The translations under genes and the position numbers were made by a program. A stretch of 64,000 nucleotides of DNA from Magallana gigas (lineage: Eukaryota), in assembly GCF_963853765.1 (NCBI RefSeq), contig NC_088853.1:21948001-22012000 (forward strand). The letters are read 5' to 3'. Under the pieces are notes generated by a model. The model saw only the letters and a program-made list of their open reading frames with translations, did no database searches and was not told where the DNA came from. Position 1 is the first letter of the stretch. Each line of letters opens with the position of its first letter. Shown here one piece after another: positions 1 to 13,076 of this stretch.

Positions 1-414
1 TATACTGTGGATTGTGAAGTATGGGATGTAGTAGCGTGGGTTCACACAAAACTCCAACAACTAAATAAATATCTCTGAACATGGTAGGGTGTTAAAGGTG
101 AAGATATTCACATTAATCTTAATTAGAATATGGGGTAAAATAACTGTACGTATCTTATTACAAGGTTATAGGTTGATAAATTATACATAAACATTAATTA
201 AAAATTCTTCAATAAGGTTATATTATTTTATGCATGCTATTAAAAATATCACAACTTTTCCAACTGTTAGTAAAAAAAATCCCAACGAGTTCAGCTATAT
301 TTTGTTAAATGGGTTTTTGTGGTCGCAATTCTTAACAAATGAAATTGTTTAAAAAGAAAGGGAGGGGGTGATCATGTATATATCAATTGTGAATAGACTC
401 AAGAAATTCATAGA

Positions 415-447
<33 letters not shown>

Positions 448-1305
448 GCCAGGAAATGTGACTGGCAATATGTGACTGCTATTAAGACTAGCTTTAGGTA
501 CATGTAAAGTGAACAAAGACGTGCAATAACGTTGTTTAAAATTCAAAATAGATGATTTAACTTCCGTATTGTTATAATACGCAAATGCAAACAGTTATTT
601 CTTATATGTTGAAAAAAAAATTTCACTTACCACATTAACACTTTTGAAACAACTCTTGCTTCTTGAAAAAATCAATCAGGTTGTCCAAGATTCTATAGTA
701 CAGTTAACACACAGCTACTCTGTGTACATCCAAATATGTTACCGGAAGTTTGCATAAATTGGATACTGTAACAACAAGTACAATGCTTAACCGGAAATGA
801 GTGTACACACGTGAATGTGATGATGAAGACTGCAACATGTATGTGCTTTGATGATTCACAAAATCTAAATTTGGTTACTAAGGTTTTTTCTCTGTTAATC
901 TTTTCGTAGTTCTAGCAATACCTTTTAAAATGCATTCTAAACAGTATATTGAGAGATGGGCTTTTACATTGTCTTCAGCATTCAGAATTAGGGGTAAGCT
1001 TTTAAAGTCAATTCCGTCTAGATAGTGTGCAAAGCAAATTTAATTGGAACCCTAATTATAGTAGAAACGTCTGATTATACAAGAACAGTTATGTGAGTGT
1101 AGACATTTACAGAGCCAGTAGTGAATTGTTTATGTCATTTTGACTGTGTGTCTTTAAAAAGTTGGGTAAATGAGTAAACAATTAGGAAAATGTATTAATT
1201 TTAGTTTAAAAATCGTTATCTTAACAATACACAAAATTAATTACACAAGCAGTCAAGTAATAATTTACAATTTAAGGTGAGGAAAATGTTTTGATTTTAG
1301 TTTTT

Positions 1306-1310
<5 letters not shown>
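1..1310 (+). repeat. Older, diverged segmental duplicate, copy A (paralog of 11601-12850); runs off the window start
   Basis: Shared anchors in the same order: tatactgtggat(t)tgtgaagtatgggatgtagtagcg (1 / 11601), aatttcacttaccacattaa, atcaggttgtccaagattcta, catccaaatatgttaccggaagt, gatgatgaagactgc, ttatgtgagtgtagac, aggaaaatgtt...ttttagtttt. Many substitutions and indels lie between the anchors. Confidence 0.85.

Positions 1311-1374
<64 letters not shown>
1310..1374. repeat. (CT)n microsatellite; others at ~5603-5679, 6146-6208, 10377-10398, 58320-58400; (AG)n ~39810-39861 and 52475-52536; (TA)n ~50691-50780 and 57467-57520; (CATC)n-like ~63406-63500
   Basis: Read directly from the sequence. 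Confidence 0.95.
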
Positions 1375-1376
<2 letters not shown>

Positions 1377-3413
1377 ATAAATATAAAGTTATAATTTCAT
1401 ATTCTGTGATATTTTTTTGGATATAAAGTTTCAATTGAAGATATACCGGTACACTATGACTTTATCAATAAGCATTCAAATGCATTTTGCATGCTGTTAA
1501 AAAATGATATATTGTAACTTCAAAAAATAGCAGGGTTCTTACACCCTGCATTTTTAAACATGAACATTTCTCTATTTAATCTGAACATTGTGCATAATTG
1601 AAAACAAAATTTTATGAAATTATTTTGCTTGATTAAAAATGCTGGAAACAAGTGCTAATTGGGCTGAAATTGCATTTTAGGCGCAAAATGGTCAAATTAA
1701 ATGGACCATAACTCAGTGGATGAACACCGACTCCCTCTTTTCTTCGTATTTTGTATATATTTTATCTACAGATTTTACAAAAAAACTCAATACAACTAAA
1801 TTGAAGAATCGGTTACCTTAAGATATGAACACATTAAAAAATAGGCTTGATATTTATTTCATATATTTCATTTAACAAATATGTTGAGAGGCATATCAAT
1901 GATAAACACTACTATTGTACACAATGTGTAGAACTATATTTGCCTATTTCACTACTTGCTCTAAAAAACCCTGTCTGTATGGAAATCCCCTGTCACCCCT
2001 GTTTTTTTTTTCACTGTCATCCCCTGTACATCCCCTTTGGGCTCCTGTACAGAGCCCCTATAAACCCTGTCATCCCCTGTGCACCCATGTACACATCACC
2101 TGTGTTCGACTGTAAGCCCCTGTCACCTTCTGCACGCCCCTGTCATCCCCTTTAAGCCTCTGTACTTCCCTGTGTATGCCGCTGATACCCCCTGTACGGC
2201 TTTTGATTGGGTTTTTTTCAATATTATTTTCTTAAACTATTTAAATCACTTGTGTTATATTTTGAGCTATAAGTCAATTTTTGCACTCAACAGCGCTAAA
2301 TCACAAGACACACTGTCGTTATATTAAAAATCATGTTTTAGTTAATAATTTATTAATACTTAAACAATGATGCCAACAACTTAAAACTTGAGATTCACCG
2401 GATGGTAAACTCAGGTTAGGGCAGGGATTATTTTTGATATTAAGTGTGAAAACTCTCACGGTATGTAGTACGTTAGAGTTAGGAAACATCGCTACTCCCT
2501 TGTGTTTGAAAAACATAAACAAAATTGTCTTCATATACATGTACATGTGCACTCTAATTATGCATATCTTAAACCTATGAATCGTATGATTCTTGGTAAT
2601 AAACAATACAATAGAAACTAAAATTAAGCGCGGCACATGGGTTTTAATTTTGTAAATATCTGAACGTATAGGTGTGCACTAAAACCATTCAATCGGTCAG
2701 AATGTAGAATTTTGAAGCAGCCATGTTATGATTGAGTACACCTTTCTACATTTGTAATCCAGTTTTTGGTTATATCTCTATTAGTTTCCCGTTAACAGCA
2801 AAATAAAGCTTCAATAGCTTATATAAGTTTTCCTAAGATATTATTTTAGTGTGTTTGTTTATTATGTTTCTGACCGGCTTATTGGAATCTTGAATTGAAT
2901 TTAAACTGATGAGTTATTCTGCTAATCAATTTCATTATTTCAAAAATCAAATTGTCATATCCCTTTTTACTGCAAAGTGGAAGATATTAAAGATAATTTA
3001 ATTAATTGCAAGTGAACAGAAATCTGTCACCAAGGTCAGAACATGTGAAACTGTGTTTTCTATACATGTAAGATGTTATATACGTATTGAGAAATTTAAA
3101 ACAACTGATTAATCATGAGAGTGAGAGAAAAAAAGAGAGAGAGTTTGAGAGATAGTTTACATTAATTTTTAATATAACATTACTAACAGTTTACACAGGA
3201 ATACATTTCCTAATAAATAAACATGCAATTAATTTTCATAACCAATTCTCTATCATTATTTAGATTAACTTAGAGCTGTCAAATTGATTTTTTAATTCAT
3301 CAATGTTTTATTTGACACCTGATCAATAATTAAAGAACTTGAAAACACATGATTAGCAACTAGCTGATTGAAGCTACAATTTTCAAAGGAGAGGATGCTG
3401 ACATTTTTTTCAC

Positions 3414-3705
3414 TCGGTCAGTGATTATATAATAGCTACTGTACACAGCCCTTTTTGACAGTTTGTAGTGTACGGTTGCGAGATAAGGAAAAATAGATGA
3501 TAGCCTCACGTGTACATGTATATATACACACACTTTCTAAGATTTGAATGGTCGGTCAGTGATAATGTAATAGCTATATGCTGTATACAGAACTTCTTGA
3601 CAATTTGCAGTGAACGGTAGCGAGATTAAGAACAATGAGGTGACAGACACACGTGTACTTGTATGTACACACACGTCGTCAGGTCTGGATGCTCGGTAAT
3701 GCTAC
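3414..3705 (+). repeat. Diverged ~138-141-bp tandem repeat (about 2.2 units) inside the CACTA element
   Basis: tcggtcagtgat...aatagcta...ttgaca...cggt(t/a)gcgagat...cacgtgtac recurs at 3414 and 3552, with a partial unit at 3693. The same array is at ~8249-8540 in copy 2. Confidence 0.7.
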
Positions 3706-3964
3706 ACAATAATGAACTCTGTTGTTTAAACATATCAATGACTTTTTCCCAGTCTGTCAAGCAAAGAAACACGAAATTGAAAATTCCGATTTTTCAATTC
3801 AATTTCAAAAATGAAAAGAAAGAGCTTTAAATTCAGAATATTGTTTAGCACAGTGATATAAATTAAAACGGTATATTGTTCTCTTATATTTTTCATTTTT
3901 TTTAAATTAAATCAAATTTAAATAAGTGTATGATATTTTTCTAATCCAAAACCCGGAATATTGT

Positions 3965-4330
3965 TTAAAGGGACTTGAGCAGGATTTAAATTAATTTCCA
4001 AATTTTATTTTTCCATTTTCAATGTCTAAAATGATTGATATAGAAGTTCATAATGCTATTTCAAAATTTGGAAGTCAAATATCAACTTATAAGCAAGATA
4101 GAGATTTCTTAATTTTTTGTTTAGTAAACAAAGCTCGAATATTGTCAGTTTTTACATTTGTGATATATTGGTGTAAATTTTTAATCAAATATAACTTTCT
4201 TTTGTTGATAATAGTATTTATGAAGATTTATGTTCGTTGAAATTGTTTTTTACATGTCATTTTGTCTTAAAAATTGTAATTCTCTACATTACACTTTTTG
4301 TGTCTGCGATTTGCATAAACTTCATAAAGA
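3965..4330 (+). mobile_element. Truncated TTAA-AGGG MITE (Kolobok-like family) nested inside the CACTA element; twin at ~8800-9165
   Basis: ttaa|agggacttgagcaggattt start; internal ataagcaagata...gtaaacaaagctcg motif shared with the copies at 42129 and 60668. Right end not recognisable. Confidence 0.6.
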
Positions 4331-5595
4331 CTGTTTAGTTATATGCATCATTACACTGGGCAAAACAGTCAAGATATAGCTGATTATTTCATCATTTCGA
4401 TCGGTGTGTTGTTATCTGCACGTGGTGATCATGTTGTGTTATAATGTGCTTTAGGTCAGGCAGGTAACATGGCACAGAACATTGCAGATTTCACCTATTT
4501 TTCTATTTTTTTTTTTTTACAAATAACAAATCACGGTCATGTGTAACACATTTTACATGCAATTAGATAAGCAGTTTGTCGGTATACAAGTATATCTTGA
4601 TTTTTGTCGATGTTGAGTCAAAATTATTCACGTTTGAAATAATATTGCCCTCTATGAAATGCAAAGAAAAACAAGCATCGTCTAAAACATGAATGCTTAA
4701 TATATATTTTTTTTAAAATCCAAATCAATTAAAAGCTATTTATTTACTTTAACGAGCAGATAAAGACAGTACAGGGGATGTCAGGGGCATATCATGCACA
4801 AGTATAAACTGTGCACACAGGGAATGTGTACAGGGACACACAGGGGACGACAGTAAAAACACAGGGATTTTCATTCAGACAGAGGTTCTTAGAGCCAGTT
4901 GTGTTTGTACATTGTTGTATTTGACTCTGTTTTGCCATTTTTTCTTTGAATGTTAGGGATGCCATGGCGTCTACACTTTGTTTGTCAAATCGGATAGATG
5001 ACACAAGTGCAGCACTCTCGTATATCTGAACATAAGTTAAAAGAATGTCATACTGCTACTGCTACTGTAATAAGACTCCCAACACACAAAAATCTATTTT
5101 AGCATTAAAAAAAAAACATCGCCAAAGTAGTAGACACATGAAATACCTACTGAAATGTTAACAATATGTCTTTGGTAATGGCGTTGTTGCAGGTTTTATT
5201 TATATTTTTCTTTTTTTTTAACACTGAAAGCTATGACGTTTTATCTACAATTGTTAAGACTTTGGGCAAATCCGCATTTTAACTGAACCAGACTAGAAAA
5301 CAATCTTAAGTTGAAAATGATCTGTAGTGTGAAGGAGCTTTTTCCTGGTAAATGACTAAAATTGTTAGGGTCGCTGTTAGAAAGAGAGAATATGATAATC
5401 TGACTCATCCATCTTCATACCAACTTCCTTATTTTGTTCAAAGTTTGATTATATATTTGACAGCTGAAAACAAACCACTTATACTATGTATTTAGTTTGA
5501 GCTTTATTTCCACAACCCAGGAGTTTTTTTTGTATACACTTTTTGTACAATTATAGTATTGCATATTTTATTTTAGTTTCAAAATGCCATGCCCT

Positions 5596-5681
<86 letters not shown>

Positions 5682-5744
5682 AACAGTGTTAATATGTATC
5701 ATATGTGCAATATCTTAATTGATAAATTTAATAATTGAGATTGT

Positions 5745-6141
5745 GTTCTAGCAATACCTGTTAAAATGCATTCTAAACAGTATATTGAAAGATGGGCTTT
5801 TACATTGTCTTCAGCATTCAGAATTAGGGGTAAGCTTTTAAAGTCAATTCCGTCTAGATAGTGTGCAAAGCAAATTTAATTGGAACCCTAATTATAGTAG
5901 AAACGTCTGATTATACAAGAACAGTTATGTGAGTGTAGACATTTACAGAGCCAGTAGTGAATTGTTTATGTCATTTTGACTGTGTGTCTTTAAAAAGTTG
6001 GGTAAATGAGTAAACAATTAGGAAAATGTATTAATTTTAGTTTAAAAATCGTTATCTTAACAATACACAAAATTAATTACACAAGCAGTCAAGTAATAAT
6101 TTACAACTTAAGGTGAGGAAAATGTTTTGATTTTAGTTTTT

Positions 6142-6210
<69 letters not shown>

Positions 6211-9200
6211 ATAAATATAAAGTTATAATTTCATATTCTGTGATATTTTTTTGGATATAAAGTTTCAATTGAAGATATACCGGTACACTATGACTTTATC
6301 AATAAGCATTCAAATGCATTTTGCATGCTGTTAAAAAATGATATATTGTAACTTCAAAAAATAGCAGGGTTTTTACACCCTGCATTTTTAAACATGAACA
6401 TTTCTCTATTTAATCTGAACATTGTGCATAATTGAAAACAAAATTTTATGAAATTATTTTGCTTGATTAAAAGTGCTGGAAACAAGTGCTAATTGGGCTG
6501 AAATTGCATTTTAGGCGCAAAATGGTCAAATTAAATGGACCATAACTCAGTGGATGAACACCGACTCCCTCTTTTCTTCGTATTTTGTATATATTTTATC
6601 TACAGATTTTACAAAAAAACTCAATACAACTAAATTGAAGAATCGGTTACCTTAAGATATGAACACATTAAAAAATAGGCTTGATATTTACTTCATATAT
6701 TTCATTTAACAAATATGTTGAGAGGCATATCAATGATAAACACTACTATTGTACACAATGTGTAGAACTATATTTGCCTATTTCACTACTTGCTCTAAAA
6801 AACCCTGTCCGTATGGAAATCCCCTGTCACCCCCTGTTTTTTTTTCACTGTCATCCCCTGTACATCCCCTTTGGGCTCCTGTACAGAGCCCCTATAAACC
6901 CTGTCATCCCCTGTGCACCCATGTACACATCACCTGTGTTCGACTGTAAGCCCCTGTCACCTTCTGCACGCCCCTGTCATCCCCTTTAAGCCACTGTACT
7001 TCCCTGTGTATGCCGCTGATACCCCCTGTACGGCTTTTGATTGGGTTTTTTTCAATATTATTTTCTTAAACTATTTAAATCACTTGTGTTATATTTTGAG
7101 CTATAAGTCAATTTTTGCACTCAACAGCGCTAAATCACAAGACACACTGTCGTTATATTAAAAATCATGTTTTAGTTAATAATTCATTAATACTTAAACA
7201 ATGATGCCAACAACTTAAAACTTGAGATTCACCGGATGGTAAACTCAGGTTAGGGCAGGGATTTTTTTTTATATTAAGTGTGAAAACTCTCACGGTATGT
7301 AGTACGTTAGAGTTAGGAAACATGGCTACTCCCTTGTGTTTGAAAAACATAAACAAAATTGTCTTCATATACATGTACATGTGCACTCTAATTATGCATA
7401 TCTTAAACCTATGAATCATATGATTCTTGGTAATAAACAATACAATAGAAACTAAAATTAAGCGCGGCACATGGGTTTTAATTTTGTAAATATCTGAACG
7501 TATAGGTGTGCACTAAAACCATTTAATCGGTCAGAATGTAGAATTTTGAAGCAGCTATGTTATGATTGAGTACACCTTTCTACTTTTTTGTAATCCAGTT
7601 TTTGGTTATATCTCTATTAGTTTCCCGTTAACAGCAAAATAAAGCTTCAATAGCTTATATAAGTTTTCCTAAGATATTATTTTAGTGTGTTTGTTTATTA
7701 TGTTTCTGACCGGCTTATTGGAATCTTGAATTGAATTTAAACTGATGAGTTATTTTGCTAATCAATTTCATTATTTCAAAAATCAAATTGTCATATCCCT
7801 TTTTACTGCAAAGTGGAAGATATCAAAGATAATTTAATTAATTGCAAGTGAACAGAAATCTGTCACCAAGGTCAGAACATGTGAAACTGTGTTTTCTATA
7901 CATGTAAGATGTTATATACGTATTGAGAAATTTAAAACAACTGATTAATCTTGAGAGTGAGAGAAAAAAAGAGAGAGAGTTTGAGAGATAGTTTACATTA
8001 ATTTTTAATATAACATTACTAACAGTTTACACAGGAATACATTTCCTAATAAATAAACATGCAATTAATTTTCATAACCAATTCTCTATCATTATTTAGA
8101 TTAACTTAGAGCTGTCAAATTGATTTTTTAATTCATCAATGTTTTATTTGACACCTGATCAATAATTAAAGAACTTGAAAACACATGATTAGCAACTAGC
8201 TGATTGAAGCTACAGTTTTCAAAGGAGAGGATGTTGACATTTTTTTCACTCGGTCAGTGATTATATAATAGCTACTGTACACAGCCCTTTTTGACAGTTT
8301 GTAGTGTACGGTTGCGAGATAAGGAAAAATAGATGATAGCCTCATGTGTACATGTATATATACACACACTTTCTAAGATTTGAATGGTCGGTCAGTGATA
8401 ATGCAATAGCTATATGCTGTATACAGAACTTCTTGACAATTTGCAGTGAACGGTAGCGAGATTAAGAACAATGAGGTGACAGACACACGTGTACTTGTAT
8501 GTACACACACGTCGTCAGGTCTGGATGCTCGGTAATGCTACACAATAATGAACTCTGTTGTTTAAACATATCAATGACTTTTTCCCAGTCTGTCAAGCAA
8601 AGAAACACGAAATTGAAAATTCTGATTTTTCAATTCAATTTCAAAAATGAAAAGAAAGAGCTTTAAATTCAGAACATTGTTTAGCACAGTGATATAAATT
8701 AAAACGGTATATTGTTCTCTTATATTTTTCATTTTTTTAAATTAAATCAAATTTAAATAAGTGTATGATATTTTTCTAATCCAAAACCCGGAATATTGTT
8801 TAAAGGGACTTGAGCAGGATTTAAATTAATTTCCAAATTTTATTTTTCCATTTTCAATGTCTAAAATGATTGATATAGAAGTTCATAATGCTATTTCAAA
8901 ATTTGGAAGTCAAATATCAACTTATAAGCAAGATAGAGATTTCTTAAAATTTTGTTTAGTAAACAAAGCTCGAATATTGTCAGTTTTTACATTTGTGATG
9001 TATTGGTGTAAATTTTTAATCAAATATAACTTTCTTTTGTTGATAATAGTATTTATGAAGATTTATGTTAGTTGAAATTGTTTTTTACATGTCATTTTGT
9101 CTTAAAAATTGTAATTCTCTACATTACACTTTTTGTGTCTGCGATTTGCATAAACTTCATAAAGACTGTTTAGTTATATGCATCATTACACTGGGCAAAA

Positions 9201-10462
9201 CAGTCAAGATATAGCTGATTATTTCATCATTTCGATCGGTGTGTTGTTATCTGCACGTGGTGATCATGTTGTGTTATAATGTGCTTTAGCTCAGGCAGGT
9301 AACATGGCACAGAACATTGCAGATTTCACCTATTTTTCTATTTTTTTTTTTACAAATAACAAATCACGGTCATGTGTAACACATTTTACATGCAATTAGA
9401 TAAGCAGTTTGTCGGTATACAAGTATATCTTGATTTTTGTCGATGTTGAGTCAAAATTATTCACGTTTGAAATAATATTGCCCTCTATGAAATGCAAAGA
9501 AAAACAAGCATCGTCTAAAACATGAATGCTTAATATATTTTTTTTAAAAATCAATTAAAAGCTATTTATTTACTTTAACGAGGAGATAAAGACAGTACAG
9601 GGGATGTCAGGGGCATATCATGCTCAAGTATAAACTGTGCACACAGGGAATGTGTACAGGGACACACAGGGGACGACAGTAAAAACACAGGGATTTTCAT
9701 TCAGACAGAGGTTCTTAGAGCCAGTTGTGTTTGTACATTGTTGTATTTGACTCTGTTTTGCCATTTTTTCTTTGAATGTTAGGGATGCCATGGCGTCTAC
9801 ACTTTGTTTGTCAAATCGGATAGATGACACAAGTGCAGCACTCTCGTTATATCTGAACATAAGTTAAAAGAATGTCATACTGCTACTGTAATAAGACTCC
9901 CAACACACAAAAAATTTATTTTAGCATTGAAAAAAACATCGCCAAAGTAGTCGACACATGCAATACCTACTGAAATGTTAACAATATGTCTTTGGTAATG
10001 GCGTTGTTGCAGGTTTTATTTATATTTTTTTTTTTTTAACATTGAAAGCTATGACGTTTTATCTACAATTGTTAAGACTTTGGGCAAATCCGCATTTTAA
10101 CTGAACCAGACTAGAAAACAATCTTAAGTTGAAAATGATCTGTAGTGTGAAGGAGCTTTTTCCTGGTAAATGACTAAAATTGTTAGGGTCGCTGTTAGAA
10201 AGAGAGAATATGATAATCTGACTCATCCATCTTCATACCAACTTCCTTATTTTGTTCAAAGTTTGATTATATATTTGACAGCTGAAAAAAAACCACCAGG
10301 AGTTTTATTTGTATACACTTTTTGTACAATTATAGTATTGCATATTTTATTTTAGTTTCAAAATGCCATGCCCCTCCCTCTCTCTCTCTCTCTCTCTCAG
10401 TGTTAATATGTATCATCTGTGCATATCTTAATTGATAAATTTAATAATTGAGATTGTGTTCT
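5745..10462 (+). repeat. Recent tandem segmental duplication, copy 2
   Basis: Starts gttctagcaatacc like 909 and ends gagattgtgttct like 5737-5749. Differs from copy 1 by scattered SNPs, a 38-bp deletion near 10295 and different (CT)n tract lengths. Confidence 0.95.
6784..9729. mobile_element. Second copy of the non-autonomous CACTA-type element, duplicated with its flanks
   Basis: ttt|CACTACTTGC at 6784 and CCAGTTGTG|ttt at 9729. Flanks and TSD are the same as copy 1, so it came from the segmental duplication rather than a new transposition. Confidence 0.85.
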
Positions 10463-11600
10463 TACACACACACACACAGTCACGAATAAATCTCCTGTTT
10501 GAACAAAATATCTTTATTGACTTTTAGTAAAGCTATGAGTACCGCTGTTCAAAATGTAATGTGAATTTGTCAAATAGTACGTGAGTTATTTTTATTCAAC
10601 CGGCTCTACAAAACAAGGAAACAAATTCAATGTGAGATTGTATCTCCTGTGTTAGGCAGCTATTCCCTAGACAATAACTAAAGCTCTTAGGGCCATTGTT
10701 AAAAATAGTCATCGACGTGTATAGACAGCTGACATAACTCTTTCTTTATATCTCTCTCTCTCTCCCAAACTTTTAAATTCGTTTCTAAAGTGTTAAATAT
10801 ATATTCAAGTACTATTCAGTACATCTCTATCTCTGTTTCTTTCATTATCTCTCTCCTCCATATTTCTCGAGCGATTTTCATCGTATCTGAAGTGGTTTAG
10901 TAAATCTTTACGGATCAAAATATAGGTAAACGATATTTTCAAAAAAGATAATCTATCGGCCTACCACATTCAATGCCAATGATGTTTTTCCATTTAGATG
11001 GATTTTTATGTAATATATATTAATTACTGGTGGTTACAAACAATAAAAGCAAAAGCTTTTAAATAGAATAACTCTTTAACAAACCAAAGAAACACATAAC
11101 TTAATTTTTGAATTACAGTATGACAAAAACAACACAACTAATTGTAACATTGACTACATATTCAACAAAGCAAATGAAATAAAAACCGGTAGTAATGACT
11201 TCCTCAAATAGTATCATTTTAACGTTAAACAACTACAATGCCAAAATATTTTGCCATTATATATACATCGTGGAAACTCGAATAAAGACTCTCTCTTCTT
11301 AATACACAGTCAAGAAATTGTGGGAAATAGTGTCGAATAACACCATGACAGTAAACAAAACCATTAACACGCTTAGTGTTATCCAAACTAACTTGTGTAG
11401 AAAACAACACATTGAAAGTATTCTGTCACTCTTTCAAACAGTTTGCTTTGCCAATCTTAGCTTTTAATCAAACCCCAATCAGAATATGTTATAATATACC
11501 TATTTTAGTTACAAATTTTGGATTCAATGGATGTCTAACTAATGGTAATTATGATCTGTGTTGTTCGGGTTCACACAAAACTAGCTAGACTAGGTTATAG

Positions 11601-12850
11601 TATACTGTGGATTTGTGAAGTATGGGATGTAGTAGCGGGGGTTCACACAAAACTCTATTTACTAAGTGTGAGTAACATTGATATAATAGAGAGTTAAAGA
11701 TGAATATATCTACAGTGATCGAAATAAGTATATATTGGTTATATGTCTGTACGTATGTTACCATAGGGTAATAGGTGATTAAATGCATAACAAATTGATT
11801 TAAAATTATTCAATAAGGTAGTATTCTTGTATGCATGCTATTACATGTATAAAACACAAAGTTTTGCTTCTTTTCCAACATAAGTAAAAAAAAACAACAA
11901 AAAATCAAAAATTGGTAACTGGGTTTTTGTGTCGTCATTCTTGACAAATGGAATTGTTTAAAAAGAAAGAAATGGATGATCATGTATAAATCCATTGTTA
12001 ATCGACTCATGAAATCTATTGTATTAATTACAAAGAATACAGGTCCAGAAATTGTGACTGGCAGTATTTGACTGATATTAAGACTAGCTTTAAGTAAAAT
12101 AAACATAAACGTACAATAACTTTATTCAAAATTCAAAATAGATAGTTAAACTTCCGTATTGTTATTATACGCAAATGCTTACCTATATTTCATATATGTT
12201 GAGAAAAATAAATTTCACTTACCACATTAAATTGTTTGAGACAACTATTGCTACTTGAAGAATCTATCAGGTTGTCCAAGATTCTAAAGTACATGTACAG
12301 TTAACTCGCGGCTTCTCATCCAAATATGTTACCGGAAGTATGTATCAACTTGATACTGGAACAACAAGTGCAATGCGTAAACGGAAATTGATTGTATGCA
12401 CATGACTTTGATGATGAAGACTGCTACGTGCTTTGATGATTCACAAAATCTAAATTTTATTGCTTTTTTTTCTGTTAATCTTTTTCTGGTTCTAGCAATT
12501 GCTGTTTTAAAATGCATTGAAAACTGTATATTGGGGGACTGGCTTTTACATTGTTTTTCACAATCTAAAAATAGGTTTTAACTTCTGAAGTAAATTCCGT
12601 CTAGATAATGTCCAATGCATGGGACCCTAATTCTGGTAGCAACGTCTGTGATTATAAAAGATCATTTATGTGAGTGTAGACTTTTACCGAACCAATAGTG
12701 AATAGTTTATGCAATAAGTCATTTTGACTTTGTGTCTGTAAAATGTTCGGTAATTGAATAAAAAAAATTAAACTTTCGATACAATACACAATCAAGTTAT
12801 ATTTTACAACTTAACATTAGGAAAATGTTAAAATTTTAGTTTTCATATCG
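11601..12850 (+). repeat. Older, diverged segmental duplicate, copy B (paralog of 1-1310)
   Basis: Same ordered anchors as 1-1310. Confidence 0.85.
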
Positions 12851-13076
12851 CTGTCTCTACAATTCATCGAAAGTAAATAAAGTTATATATTTTTGGCGAG
12901 AGAGGCCACGGCCTAAATTTGGACCACGTTACACAGAAGGATGGCCCCATTACACATTATAGTTATAAAATTACATTACATAATATTTCATTATAGTAGT
13001 GACATGAATGTAAATCATTGAACATTCATTATCATTATAAAACATTATATTATTTGTCTATTCCCTTTCATTAAAT

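Larger units (their letters stand above)
1950..4903. mobile_element. Non-autonomous CACTA/EnSpm (CMC superfamily)-type DNA transposon, ~2.95 kb
   Basis: Left end CACTACTTGCTCTAAAAAACCCTGTCTGTATGGAAATCCCCTGT; reverse complement of right end CACAACTGGCTCTAAGAACCTCTGTCTGAATGAAAATCCCTGT (~43-bp imperfect TIR). 3-bp TSD TTT at 1947-1949 and 4904-4906. Subterminal CCCCTGT arrays at ~1965-2200 and inverted ACAGGG(G) arrays at ~4768-4870. No transposase ORF inside. Confidence 0.85.
909..5744 (+). repeat. Recent tandem segmental duplication, copy 1 (~4.84 kb)
   Basis: Near-identical to 5745-10462 along its length, with an offset of ~4834-4836. The ORF track duplicates (1847/6681, 2331/7165, 4022/8857). 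Confidence 0.95.

Noticed and set aside
1847-2327. Overlapping Cys/Pro/His-rich ORFs (and twins at 6681-7161)
   Set aside because: They are translations of the CCCCTGT subterminal array of the CACTA element, with no domain or splice support.
4792-5030. Possible minus-strand exon interrupted by the CACTA insertion (RFDKQSVDAMASLTFKEKMAKQ...)
   Set aside because: The reconstructed empty site stops after a few codons (CTNRQI*), the two copies differ by a 1-bp indel, and I recognise no homology.
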